A DNA stretch of 64,000 nt from an uncultured Gammaproteobacteria bacterium (GCA_964651815.1 CAZYWG010000001.1:65189-129188), one strand, 5' to 3'; shown: positions 37,630 through 47,713, counted from the first letter of the stretch. Notes: a model not told the origin generated them from the sequence alone. Made by a program: numbers and translations.

Positions 37630-39999
37630 TTATGTTACAACAAATTCTCCTGTACTATCAACCGACAGCATGACTTCTGATCCTTTATTTACTTCACCTC
37701 CAAGGATTTTCTTTGAAAGAAAGCTTTCAATACTATCTTCAATATATCGCCTGATGTTGCGAGCACCAAACTCAGGGTTATATGCGTCTTCGGCGATTTT
37801 TGAGGTAACAGTCTCATCAAAGCTTATTTTTATTTGGTGGTCCTCTAAAAGCTTCTTAAAAGACTCTCCAAGCATTAATTGTGCAATTTGCTTCACCTCA
37901 TCTTGAGTAAGGAAACGGAAAACTATAACATCATCAAAGCGGTTTACTAACTCAGGACTAAACAAATTGTTACGAAGCAAATAGTCAACGAGTTCTTTTT
38001 TGGTTACGTTTTGCGAATTCTGCTCTTTTTCACGCAGAAGTTCTGTTCCGGCGTTTGATGTAGCAATAATAATTGCGTTTTTAAATGAAACCTTTTTACC
38101 ATGGTTGTTTGTGAGAAAACCCTCATCAAAAACCTGAAGGAAAATGTTGAGGAGAGATGGGTTTGCCTTTTCAAATTCATCAAGAAGTACTAAAGAAAAT
38201 GGCTGCTTTTCAATCAATTCCGGTAGGGTGTTTGCGACATATTCTTGACCAGTTTTAGAACCGAGAATTTTATCTATCTTGTCCTGCGTTTGATACTCAC
38301 TCATATCAAGCCTGATCATTGCACCTTCCCGGCCAAAATATTCTTCAGCAAGCGCCTTTGCGGTCTCCGTTTTCCCAACTCCTGTTGGCCCCAAAAATAA
38401 AAATACAGAAATTGGTCGATTTTTTTCTTCAAAACCTGAGCGTGCTCGCCTCATCGCATCCGAAATGGCACCAACAGCCTGTTCTTGCCCAACGACTCTC
38501 TGGTGAATTTTTTCCTCCAAGTGAATTAATAACTCTTTTTCTTTTTCATTAGGTTCTGCAAGCGCAATATTTGTCTTCTCTTCAACAAATTTTATAACGT
38601 CGCTCCCATCAATTACTTTTTTTCTTCCAACTTCAGCAAACGACGCAACTCCTTCCAAAAGATTCAATGCTCGGCCCGGATAAAATTCTTCTGGAAAATA
38701 AGTGGGGGATAGAATAACCGACTCTTTAAGTGCTGAATATTTTATTTGAATTCCGTATTGCGCTTCAATTTCTCGTGCTTTTTCTGTCAACAGAAGCATT
38801 ACTTTACCGCTTTCAGGTTCTTCAATTTCCACTTTTTCAAATAAATTTAAAACGCTAGTTTTTGGCTCTATGAAATTAGCATACCCTTGAGGTGTTGTTG
38901 TACCTATTATTTTTATACTATCACTTGCTAAGTATTCTTCAATTACCCCAGTAATATCAAACCCAAGTCCTCCGCCCCCAAAAATATTCTCAATATTTCT
39001 AATAAAAATTATCGCGTTTCCCGAATATGAAATTTCAGAAAGGACAGCAGATAGCCTCATTTCCAAATCCCCAGCGCCCGTTACTCCGGAAAGAATTCTA
39101 TCTGCGTATAATTCATAAACCTGCTTTTTGAAAAGTGCAGGAGGCGTTTGTTTCATAAATGAAGAATACGCAAAATATTCTACTAGAGATTCTTTTCCTA
39201 CTCCAGCCTCACCCACTACTATAACATTTGAGGACTTATGTTTTGACAAACCTACAACTAATTCTTTGTATGCCTTTTCTGCACCAATAATATTCGGGGG
39301 GAAACGTTTTGATAAAACTTCCCATGTTAAATCTTTAGAATATTTTTTTAGTTCATAATTCCACCCATAAATTAAGTTGTCAAAAACTCCGCCCCCAATA
39401 AATCTTAACTGTTCATTTTCAAATACGTCAGGAGAGAACTTCCTTCGAGTCCAATATAAAATGTTAATTACGTCATCATTAGTCAGCTTGTTCGCTTGCA
39501 TAAAATGAGTTTCTTCCTCAGTAAGCAATATATACGCTGCATATAAATCTACTTCAGTTATATATTGACCTTTTATCCATACACATAATTCTTGCGCTTG
39601 TTTTAATAAGTCTTCTATATTAATTTTAGAAGTTTTTATTTCTAAACTGTCTAGTTTTCCTGAAAAGAATTTAACATCTCTTCCCCTTTCTATTTTTTTA
39701 ACAACTTCAAACCCGTTGTTTGATTCCTGTAAAGTTTTTCTTGCTGAAAAGACAGTTGATAATAATGGGTTTACAATATTTTTTGAAACTTTATTCTCTG
39801 GGTGAATTTTATTCAAACTTTCTAAAAATAATTCATTTATAACTACGAAAGAAAAAATTGAGAGTGGGACTACAACGTCCAAATGGCTACTATAACGAAA
39901 GTAAACAAAAATAATCGAGACTACAAATAAGGCACCTCTTACAATTTTTGCTGCAACAGAATTTGTTATTTTATAAATTTCAAAATATCTATCTTTCAT
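37630..39999 (-). CDS. Membrane-anchored ClpA/ClpB-family double AAA+ ATPase
   Basis: Two N-terminal TM helices. D1 Walker A 'GEAGVGKES'. D2 'LGPTGVGKTETAKALA', sensor 'SNAG', 'ARNIRRYIE'. Confidence 0.7.
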   Translation of the reverse strand: MKDRYFEIYKITNSVAAKIVRGALFVVSIIFVYFRYSSHLDVVVPLSIFSFVVINELFLESLNKIHPENKVSKNIVNPLLSTVFSARKTLQESNNGFEVVKKIERGRDVKFFSGKLDSLEIKTSKINIEDLLKQAQELCVWIKGQYITEVDLYAAYILLTEEETHFMQANKLTNDDVINILYWTRRKFSPDVFENEQLRFIGGGVFDNLIYGWNYELKKYSKDLTWEVLSKRFPPNIIGAEKAYKELVVGLSKHKSSNVIVVGEAGVGKESLVEYFAYSSFMKQTPPALFKKQVYELYADRILSGVTGAGDLEMRLSAVLSEISYSGNAIIFIRNIENIFGGGGLGFDITGVIEEYLASDSIKIIGTTTPQGYANFIEPKTSVLNLFEKVEIEEPESGKVMLLLTEKAREIEAQYGIQIKYSALKESVILSPTYFPEEFYPGRALNLLEGVASFAEVGRKKVIDGSDVIKFVEEKTNIALAEPNEKEKELLIHLEEKIHQRVVGQEQAVGAISDAMRRARSGFEEKNRPISVFLFLGPTGVGKTETAKALAEEYFGREGAMIRLDMSEYQTQDKIDKILGSKTGQEYVANTLPELIEKQPFSLVLLDEFEKANPSLLNIFLQVFDEGFLTNNHGKKVSFKNAIIIATSNAGTELLREKEQNSQNVTKKELVDYLLRNNLFSPELVNRFDDVIVFRFLTQDEVKQIAQLMLGESFKKLLEDHQIKISFDETVTSKIAEDAYNPEFGARNIRRYIEDSIESFLSKKILGGEVNKGSEVMLSVDSTGEFVVT

Positions 40000-40003
40000 A
40001 CAT

Positions 40004-40396
40004 TTATTTGATCATTAATCCAACAAGATTTGGCTGTGTAATAATGAACTCAATAAGGATCAGCGGCAAAAATAAAACTAACAAATCTGCTCCAACTAAA
40101 AAAATTAATACTATTAAAACCACTAAAAGATCTGCGAGTAAAATTAATGACTTAACAACAATTCCCATTATGATTGAGAAGACAACCAACCCTTCTCTGT
40201 ACTCATTTTTTAATGGCTTGAAGAATGTAGAAAGAAGTAAAGAAACAGAGAGTAAATCAAGAACGTAAAGTAAAATTTCATAAGATTTAACAACCGTTGA
40301 GGGTAAAAAATCTCGATACCAAAACACCACCAAAAAATAAGGATAGAGCAGAATCCCCATATATTTAAGTGTAGGGATTTTTAGGTTCGAAAGCAA
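40004..40396 (-). CDS. Small hydrophobic membrane protein, unknown, immediately upstream of the Clp-like gene
   Basis: Four hydrophobic segments. A 4-nt gap to the downstream gene. The overlapping plus-strand ORF looks like an A-rich artefact. Confidence 0.3.
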   Translation of the reverse strand: MLSNLKIPTLKYMGILLYPYFLVVFWYRDFLPSTVVKSYEILLYVLDLLSVSLLLSTFFKPLKNEYREGLVVFSIIMGIVVKSLILLADLLVVLIVLIFLVGADLLVLFLPLILIEFIITQPNLVGLMIK

Positions 40397-40428
40397 GAGA
40401 ATGGGTGTATCACAAATAGCTTTTTAAT

Positions 40429-40869
40429 TTGACTTTTTCCTTATCAGATGGTAGTCTTTTTACGATGGCAAAAATACTCATTGTAGAAGATGAAGAAGCT
40501 CTACGAAATCTTTATGTAGACACTCTCCAGGCAGAAGGCCATGAAATAGATACTGCAGAAGACGGCGAAATTGCGTTTGAAAAAATAAAGCAAGGAGGTT
40601 GGGATTTAGTACTGCTTGATATAATTCTTCCAAAGATGAACGGGATAGATGTAATGGAGCAAATCTCGCAAAATCATCCCGTAAGTCAAAATAAATGCAT
40701 ACTATTTTTAACAAACATAGAACAAGGCGAGGAAATAAAAAAAGCTCTTCAATTTGGAAGTGGTTATCTTATAAAAAGCCAGATCACGCCGGGGGATTTG
40801 GTTCATGAGGTAAATCTTTATTTAAAGGGGGCTCAGGGCTCAAAACAGCAGGAGCAGAAACAGGACTAA
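40429..40869 (+). CDS. Stand-alone response-regulator receiver domain protein (start probably at MAKILIV, 40465)
   Basis: 'KILIVEDEEALRNL...DLVLLDIILPKMNGIDV...LTN...K' contains the D-D-T-K receiver residues. No output domain. Confidence 0.7.
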   Translation: MTFSLSDGSLFTMAKILIVEDEEALRNLYVDTLQAEGHEIDTAEDGEIAFEKIKQGGWDLVLLDIILPKMNGIDVMEQISQNHPVSQNKCILFLTNIEQGEEIKKALQFGSGYLIKSQITPGDLVHEVNLYLKGAQGSKQQEQKQD

Positions 40870-42337
40870 TAGCGTCCTTTGTAACATTCACAGGTTGAGA
40901 ATTAACATCAATTAACGGCAGAGTGAATTTAAATATTGAGCCTTTTCCCTCCCCTTCTGATTCAGCCCAAATTTTTCCTCCGTGCATTTCAATTAGAGAT
41001 TTTGATAGATAAAGTCCGAGCCCTGTCCCTTGCCCCTTTTCTTTAGTCAAATGAGTATCGCCTATCATACTGAATTTTTGGAAAAGCTTCCCAATATCGT
41101 TTGCGCTCATTCCGCGACCATTGTCAGTTACACTTATTTGCACAAATCCATTTGTGTCTTGAGCAACTACTACATTAATCTCTCCTCCGCGTGGAGTAAA
41201 TTTCAATGAATTTCCAATCAGGTTAATAATTACCTGACTAATTCGCTCCGCATCCGCATTTACATTGACAGGCGCATTAGGCTTGTTATATTCAATCTTG
41301 ATTCCAAGTTCATCCCCTCGAGATTGCATTTGAGAGACAAGATCCTGTATAAGATTTACTATGTCAAGAGGTTTTTTTTCTATTGTGAGTCTGCCCGATT
41401 CAATTCTTGAAATATTCAACATATCATTAACTAAGTTAATAAGTCTTTCAGTTGATGCATAAACAGTCTTGAGATAATCTCCTTGTTTTTCTGAAACTTC
41501 ACCAACTTTTCCGTTGAGAATTAACCATATGTACGACTTAATAATAGTCATGGGAGTACGGAGTTCATGTGATGCCAAAGAGACGAACTCATCTTTAAGC
41601 TTATCAAGCCCCTTCAAACGCTCATTTGCTACTCTTAATTGCGCAGTCGTATCAGTCAATCTTTGGAATAACAATGCATTATCAAGAGCTATTCCAGCTG
41701 CACCAACAAAACTGTCTAGAATTGACCATTCTTCATCAGATATTTTACCCTGCTCTTTACTAAGGCTGAAAATCAATGTACCCAACATCTTATCTTTTGC
41801 AACTATTGGATATACAATACTCGTTTTAATTCCTAAAGTTATTTGAAAGTTCTCAACCCATTCTCTGTCTATTGCAGGATATAAAACATCTGAAACATTT
41901 TTGGTCACAAACATTTTCTTTTCATTTATTGCTTTTACTGAAAGGTTATCGCTTGCTGAAAAGGGTATGAATATTTCCTCAAATGGAATTGGAGATGCCG
42001 TAAGAAATTTTCCAGCGGCCTCGGTTTTTGAAATTGCTATCCTTCTTAAACCTCCTCGTTTTTCGTCTAATAATGACAACACAATAACTTCATAGCCATA
42101 ATTTACGTATCCAAGCTCACTTAAAATAATATTTACCACCTTTTCAGTTGCCACTTCAAAAACCACCGTTTCAAGTACGGCCTTTTCAATTTTCCAAATA
42201 GATTCAAATATGCTTTTAAACTTGGCATTACTTGCAGTAACAAAAACTACTTTTTTTCTAAGGAGAACAAGCGCGGCAATAATAACCAGTACTGAAACTG
42301 AAAGTGAAAAAAGAATAACAAACTCTGAAATGGGCAT
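40784..42337 (-). CDS. Sensor histidine kinase with N-terminal TM, GAF domain, HisKA and HATPase_c
   Basis: H-box 'LASHELRTPMT'. N-box 'NLIGNSLKFT'. G-boxes 'DNGRGM', 'GTGLGLYLSKSLIEMHGG'. Confidence 0.8.
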   Translation of the reverse strand: MPISEFVILFSLSVSVLVIIAALVLLRKKVVFVTASNAKFKSIFESIWKIEKAVLETVVFEVATEKVVNIILSELGYVNYGYEVIVLSLLDEKRGGLRRIAISKTEAAGKFLTASPIPFEEIFIPFSASDNLSVKAINEKKMFVTKNVSDVLYPAIDREWVENFQITLGIKTSIVYPIVAKDKMLGTLIFSLSKEQGKISDEEWSILDSFVGAAGIALDNALLFQRLTDTTAQLRVANERLKGLDKLKDEFVSLASHELRTPMTIIKSYIWLILNGKVGEVSEKQGDYLKTVYASTERLINLVNDMLNISRIESGRLTIEKKPLDIVNLIQDLVSQMQSRGDELGIKIEYNKPNAPVNVNADAERISQVIINLIGNSLKFTPRGGEINVVVAQDTNGFVQISVTDNGRGMSANDIGKLFQKFSMIGDTHLTKEKGQGTGLGLYLSKSLIEMHGGKIWAESEGEGKGSIFKFTLPLIDVNSQPVNVTKDAISPVSAPAVLSPEPPLNKDLPHEPNPPA

Positions 42338-42379
42338 TATTATAAGTATAACATGGGGAAAAAATAGTACGAAACGGAG

Positions 42380-43684
42380 TTATTTGATATAAACAGAATT
42401 TCTTCCAAGTATGCCTTTGACTTCAGCTTCCGAAAGCAACCCCCAGTTGTTTTTAGCAACGTCGAGTATTTCCATTGCTCTTTCTTCAGATATATTTTTT
42501 ATGCCAATTTCTTCACAATATGCGTAGACGTTAGAAAGTCCACTCATGGGACCAATTCTTACGTGTGGTATTAATCCAACATCTTCAGGTCTATAGGGAA
42601 AATAAATTGGAGGCAAATTTTCTCCTTGTCTTACTTTCTCGTATGTACTTGCATGAACACCAGACGCGGTTTCTGTTGATCTTTCACCAACAATCGCCTC
42701 GTGGGAAAGAATTGGAACAGAAAGAATTTCTGCTGCCATTTTGGCGAATTTTTGCATTTGAGGAGTATCAACTTCTCTAAGACCTTGAAGGTTAAGAACA
42801 ACAAGTAGCTGCTCTAATTCAACATTTCCGGCTCTTTCCCCAATCCCTCTTGACGTCGCATGAAGACGATCAATTCCCTCCATGGCTGCAACTATACAAT
42901 TCGCTATACCCATTTTTAGATCGTCGTGTTCGTGAAAATCAAATTTAATACTCGGGTATTTATTTCCTATTTGTTCAAAAGCAAATCTGAATATATTCGA
43001 AGTACCTGCTGGCGTTAATACACCCGTTGTATCAGCAATCGCAATTCTATCTACCCCTTCATCTGCAGCTATTTTACATACTTCAAATAATTCTTCTGGT
43101 GAAGTAACGCTCGCTCGCTCAGGGACAAACATAACTGGCAACCCTTCTCTTTTTGCTATAGCAATATTTTCTTTTAATTGCTTGAGTTTTTCATCACGAT
43201 CCCAGTGCTCAACTGTTGAACGAAGCGAACTTGCATCAAGAAACAGATCCGCTTCTATTCTTTCACCAGTTTTATCAGCGACCTCCATAATTGCCCTTAT
43301 ATCATCAGGTGCAGCACCTCTTCCAGCGGCACTAAAGCTTATGTTTAAGGCTTGAGTTCTTGAAAAATTAATCAAACTCACAATTTCATCTCTATGCATG
43401 GGACCACTTGCTGGAAATCCAATATCAAGATGATCAATATACCCAAGTTTTGCGGCTGTTTTTATATAATGTGCTTTTTGCTCAGTTGTTGGATGATGTG
43501 CAACTTGTGTTCCCTGCATTCCATCACGTAAAGTCTCGTCATCAATCTGAACAGATTGACGGGGAGTCCGCAATGGAGCCTCGGAACCATTATGTATATT
43601 CCAATTATAATTTCCTTGAATTTCTTTAGGCATGGTAACAATTATATTATATTTGAACCTAAAACAAAAATTTGCTTTACACAT
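42380..43684 (-). CDS. DRE-TIM metallolyase: 2-isopropylmalate / homocitrate / citramalate synthase family (LeuA-like); start may be the internal Met at 43633
   Basis: 'DETLRDGMQG' and 'HEHDDLKMGIANCIVAAMEGIDRLHATSRGIGERAGNVELEQL' (HxH...GERxGN). Confidence 0.6.
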   Translation of the reverse strand: MCKANFCFRFKYNIIVTMPKEIQGNYNWNIHNGSEAPLRTPRQSVQIDDETLRDGMQGTQVAHHPTTEQKAHYIKTAAKLGYIDHLDIGFPASGPMHRDEIVSLINFSRTQALNISFSAAGRGAAPDDIRAIMEVADKTGERIEADLFLDASSLRSTVEHWDRDEKLKQLKENIAIAKREGLPVMFVPERASVTSPEELFEVCKIAADEGVDRIAIADTTGVLTPAGTSNIFRFAFEQIGNKYPSIKFDFHEHDDLKMGIANCIVAAMEGIDRLHATSRGIGERAGNVELEQLLVVLNLQGLREVDTPQMQKFAKMAAEILSVPILSHEAIVGERSTETASGVHASTYEKVRQGENLPPIYFPYRPEDVGLIPHVRIGPMSGLSNVYAYCEEIGIKNISEERAMEILDVAKNNWGLLSEAEVKGILGRNSVYIK

Positions 43685-43698
43685 TTATCTATCCTATA

Positions 43699-45660
43699 AT
43701 GCAAAATGTGACCGAGAATTCAACTCCTTTTGAAGGGAAACAGGGCAAAGAGACTATCAGCGCCGGACGCGTTCTTTATCTGACTCTCGATCCCGATCTT
43801 ATCCGCCATCAACTCACAGGAGGACAACTTATGAATGTGCCTGAAGATATGCTTCTGGATAGCATTTCAACAGATGAAATAATTCCAAATAGAGCATGTC
43901 TTTCCTGGACTGGTAAAGAAGAGGGACATCTTGGTAGGTTTTTGTTAACAGGCCTTCGGGGAGGAGCGATAAAACCTGGTGAAATTGCAGCAGGTAACTT
44001 TCAGACGGTTGTTGCCGGTCCTTCTTTTGCAAGAGGTTCTTCAAGAATTCATGCCCCTCTGGCTTTTCAGGATGCAGGAGTAAATTTAATAATTGCACCT
44101 GCTGAAAGGATTTTTTCCGAAAATTGTACTAATTTACGAATTCATTTACTTGATCCGCAAAGTAATCAAGGAAAAAGGTTGCTAAATGGAGAGTCTATCC
44201 CAGACGAAGAACTCTTGGGACTTATGTCAGAGCAATCTGCAAATGTTATGAGAAGCGGAAGCTTGCTGGCTTATTTAGATGCTGTCGAAGAGGGAAAAAT
44301 AAGTGTACCGGAAATAAAAACCGAATCGCGTCCAATGACTGCTGTTGAGAAGATAATTGCAAGAAAGGCACTAACTTCTGGCCGAACTGTTGGAGTAAAA
44401 GCAGTTAAACCTGGCGACGAGGTTGTTGCTATTCCAGATCTTTATTATGGTTACGAACTCCAAACCAATGCTACAATCAAAGCGTTAAGAGAACAATTCG
44501 GTGATGAAACAAAGGTTAGACAACCTGATAAGATATTTCTTTATAATGATCACACCGCACTTTTAACCGATGATGCAACCGCAACTTTGAGACGTGAACA
44601 GACAAAATTCGCGTCACCATTAAATATTACTGTCTATGAGGCAAATCCAATAAGCGGCGCACCAGCGATTTGTCATACGGATATGCTTGAACACCATGCT
44701 CTTCCAGGACAATTAGTTTTGGGTAACGATTCGCATACTGATACGTTGGGAGTTCTAAATAATCTTGCAGTGGGAAAAGGCGCGATAGATCTTGCGGGTG
44801 CAATTGCTTACGACAAAATGATTATAACTGTCCCTGAAACAATTCGGATAAATTTAACTGGTAACCTGCCGGAAGGAATTACTTTGAAAGACTTTATGAT
44901 GCAATTCGGAGCGCGTGCGGAACTTAAAACAGAGGGTGATCGTCTAGGATTTGGAAGCGGAAAAGTTTTTGAATTTGGTGGTGATGCGCTTGATACAATT
45001 CCCGTTGAAGAACAGATGAAACTTTCAAATATGTCTATAGAACTACAAGGTTTCACCGGGATTCTTGAACCCAATAGACAAATAATTGCCTTCCTTAAAG
45101 AAAAAAGGGGAATGACTGAAGATGAAATTGGTGCACTTTTTGTAGGTAGCGACAAAGATGCAGATTACTCGCGTGTATATGATATAGATTTATCAACAGT
45201 CGAAACAACAGTTGCAGAACCAGGAGATACACAGAACGGAAAACCATTATCTGAAATTAGGGAGCAGAATATTCCGGTTGATAAAGCATATATTGGATCT
45301 TGTACCCATGGAACCGTTGAGGATTTAAGGCAGGCAGCCGAAGTTTTGAGAGGACGAAAAATTGCTAACGGAGTTAAACTTTATGTGCAAGCAAGCTCCA
45401 TTGAAAATCTACATGAAGCAACGCGGCTTGGTTACATGCAGGAGTTGGCAGAAGCAGGTGCAGAAGTACTTATGATAGGTTGTGGCGCTTGCATGAATGC
45501 GGGTCCGGGATCTGTAGAGGAAGGGGAAGTTGGAATTTTTGCTACTAATAGAAACTTCCCGGGGAGGACAGGACGAGGCAGGACTTATTTATCGAATCCT
45601 GCAGTTGCTGCGGCGAGCGCCGTGAAAGGAGTTATCTGCGGACCGGAAGATATAAATTAA
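43699..45660 (+). CDS. Aconitase-family dehydratase with fused, reversed domain order: LeuD-like swivel domain N-terminal, LeuC-like catalytic domain C-terminal
   Basis: N-terminus 'ISTDEIIP...FARGSSRIHAPLAFQDAGVNLIIA' (LeuD-like). C-terminus 'IGSCTHGTVEDL' and 'GCGACMNAGPG' (Fe-S Cys ligands). The ORF track starts at the TTG at 43672; the ATG is at 43699. Confidence 0.6.
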   Translation: MQNVTENSTPFEGKQGKETISAGRVLYLTLDPDLIRHQLTGGQLMNVPEDMLLDSISTDEIIPNRACLSWTGKEEGHLGRFLLTGLRGGAIKPGEIAAGNFQTVVAGPSFARGSSRIHAPLAFQDAGVNLIIAPAERIFSENCTNLRIHLLDPQSNQGKRLLNGESIPDEELLGLMSEQSANVMRSGSLLAYLDAVEEGKISVPEIKTESRPMTAVEKIIARKALTSGRTVGVKAVKPGDEVVAIPDLYYGYELQTNATIKALREQFGDETKVRQPDKIFLYNDHTALLTDDATATLRREQTKFASPLNITVYEANPISGAPAICHTDMLEHHALPGQLVLGNDSHTDTLGVLNNLAVGKGAIDLAGAIAYDKMIITVPETIRINLTGNLPEGITLKDFMMQFGARAELKTEGDRLGFGSGKVFEFGGDALDTIPVEEQMKLSNMSIELQGFTGILEPNRQIIAFLKEKRGMTEDEIGALFVGSDKDADYSRVYDIDLSTVETTVAEPGDTQNGKPLSEIREQNIPVDKAYIGSCTHGTVEDLRQAAEVLRGRKIANGVKLYVQASSIENLHEATRLGYMQELAEAGAEVLMIGCGACMNAGPGSVEEGEVGIFATNRNFPGRTGRGRTYLSNPAVAAASAVKGVICGPEDIN

Positions 45661-46655
45661 CGTGAGGCTTCCATTTTATACCAATCCTCATACCTTTCAA
45701 TGCGGTTAAGCACTAAATCCACCTTTACATCAGTTACCATATTGTTAAGATCATCATAGGGCGTAAGACTTGACGCATGTCTTAAATCCGCATCATCATA
45801 TACCACTTCTTTCCCGAAGTATTTCGAAATTTTTTGCGGCGAGAGAGATCCGATTCTTACCATGCGAGGCGGGTCTTCTATAAAAGATATTTGCGTATGG
45901 GATCTTCCAATCTGTGCAGCTTCCGCAATTTCGTCAAGTATTACAAAATCTACAAGCTCCTGCCACTCCGGATGATTAACCATTTCACGATCTCTTAGTT
46001 GAGAGGTTGTATAACATGGCTCCTGTTGGTGTATATTAAGCGAACCTCCACCCATAACTCCATGCTTTACTTTTTTCCGGAGTTGCTCTGCAAGTTTTTC
46101 ATACCCCCAATGTCCCGGAATCCAAAAAAATGCTGTGGTTTTATCTTGCTGCTTAACAAGTCCTTGATCAATTATCCCTGTGTCTTTTATTGGTAGAATA
46201 GCGTGCATCGGTCCCGGGTACAAGGCGAGTCGTGCTCCTGGCCAACGTAAATTCTTAAAAGATGGGGGCAAGCGATCAATATCTATAAAGTCACGGATAT
46301 TTTCAGGATCTGCAAATGCCAGTAAATTTTGAATTCTGTCTCTTTGCTTTATATCATCAAGGATTTTATCGTGATCTGTGCCGTCTGGTTGCCAATCCGG
46401 AGCATTACGAACTTCAGCAACTCCAAAATTTCCCATCATATAAAGAGCACACGTTTGACCTAACGCAAGACGCCTTGCTATATCATCATGATGCTCTGGA
46501 TTCCAAATAGAATATGTATCTATTGATACTGGTCCTTTTTTTGGATGAGTAAAATTCCATGGGACTTTATTCCATTGAATTGAAACGCCTTCAAACACTT
46601 TTATTTCAGGCGCTACACTTTCCTTACGAACCGGCGGCAAACCTTCTGTTGACAT
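45657..46655 (-). CDS. Conserved-looking protein of unknown function (332 aa)
   Basis: Long ORF with balanced composition and no motif I recognise. Overlaps the dehydratase gene's 3' end by 4 nt. Confidence 0.45.
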   Translation of the reverse strand: MSTEGLPPVRKESVAPEIKVFEGVSIQWNKVPWNFTHPKKGPVSIDTYSIWNPEHHDDIARRLALGQTCALYMMGNFGVAEVRNAPDWQPDGTDHDKILDDIKQRDRIQNLLAFADPENIRDFIDIDRLPPSFKNLRWPGARLALYPGPMHAILPIKDTGIIDQGLVKQQDKTTAFFWIPGHWGYEKLAEQLRKKVKHGVMGGGSLNIHQQEPCYTTSQLRDREMVNHPEWQELVDFVILDEIAEAAQIGRSHTQISFIEDPPRMVRIGSLSPQKISKYFGKEVVYDDADLRHASSLTPYDDLNNMVTDVKVDLVLNRIERYEDWYKMEASR

Positions 46656-46672
46656 AGTAATTTAGACTGAAT

Positions 46673-47296
46673 ATGCAAGCTATTTACAAATCCTATAATA
46701 TTTTGTACAATCCTACCATGACTCGTGAGATTTTGCAAACACATGAAAACAAACGTAAACCCAGAAATATTCTGCCTAACGCGCTACGGGCAGCTTCAGT
46801 TGCCACAGTTCTAACTGCAGGTACGCTGCTTCCCAACGTTGCATATGCTATGGCAGACGCAGAAAATTTAATACCGGATTCCAACACTCCTGTCCTTACA
46901 AGCGCGGAAAGTAAGAGTGATCAAATTGCAAATCTTCTTCACAATGATGATTCTCGCGCAGTCTTATTCTCAGGACTTGGACTATCACTTGCGGCACTTG
47001 CTAATTCATACTTAATTAGTAAGAAATATGATGATAATAAACTAGAAAAAACAATGAGATTATCGGGTCCAACCCTTTTTTCAATTGCTGCTTCTTCACT
47101 GATTTTTGATTCTTATCAACAAATCTCAGCAGAGATTCCGGCAAGTATAATTGTTGGAGCAAGTTTTCTTGTTGCTGGACAATCCATTCTTAACACAAAC
47201 GAACATGAAAAAGACTTAAAAATTCGCGCATCTGCTATTGCTGTCGCGGGAGGTTTTATTGCACTTGGATTATCAACTTTCATGGCCGTAAAATAA
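46673..47296 (+). CDS. Hypothetical membrane/secreted protein (start possibly at 46718)
   Basis: Signal/TM 'AASVATVLTAGTLLPNVAYA' and C-terminal hydrophobic segments. Confidence 0.35.
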   Translation: MQAIYKSYNILYNPTMTREILQTHENKRKPRNILPNALRAASVATVLTAGTLLPNVAYAMADAENLIPDSNTPVLTSAESKSDQIANLLHNDDSRAVLFSGLGLSLAALANSYLISKKYDDNKLEKTMRLSGPTLFSIAASSLIFDSYQQISAEIPASIIVGASFLVAGQSILNTNEHEKDLKIRASAIAVAGGFIALGLSTFMAVK

Positions 47297-47382
47297 ACAC
47301 CCATTTGACAAACGTCTCCGCTTTCCCTATGCTGAGAAAAACCCTATTCTTTTAGAATTTTGGTTGTGAGGAGGTGATTTAT

Positions 47383-47697
47383 ATGAATTTGATTCTTGGT
47401 TTTCTTGCCGGTATGTTTATAACAAACGGCGTACCTCATTTTGTTTCAGGAATAAGAGGAGATAAACATATGACACCGCTCGCAAAAGATTCTTCTGCAA
47501 TGGTGAATGTGGTTTGGGCATATGTAAATTTTGTTATTGGGATTTGGCTATTTAAAGCATCTGGCGCAAGCTTAAATGATATATTTATGCTTGACACTTA
47601 TTCAATCGTTTTTATTTTGGGGTCCTTTTTTATGGGAGTATCAGCTGCTTGGCTTTTTTCAAATCCAAACGCCCGATTCCCTTGGTTTAAAAAATAA
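47383..47697 (+). CDS. Small 3-TM membrane protein, unknown
   Basis: GAGGAGG RBS 9 nt before the ATG at 47383. Hydrophobic helices. Confidence 0.4.
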   Translation: MNLILGFLAGMFITNGVPHFVSGIRGDKHMTPLAKDSSAMVNVVWAYVNFVIGIWLFKASGASLNDIFMLDTYSIVFILGSFFMGVSAAWLFSNPNARFPWFKK

Positions 47698-47713
47698 AAA
47701 TGTTCGTGGGATT

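Noticed and set aside
39948-40268. 106-aa plus-strand ORF overlapping the small membrane protein gene
   Set aside because: K/T/N-rich low-complexity translation of an A-rich strand. The minus-strand alternative is hydrophobic and operon-consistent.
42380-46655. Complete leucine biosynthesis cluster (leuABCD)
   Set aside because: No LeuB-like dehydrogenase (no NLFGDILSD-type motif) is present. The LeuC/LeuD domains are fused in reversed order. Calling this leucine biosynthesis would therefore be unsupported.
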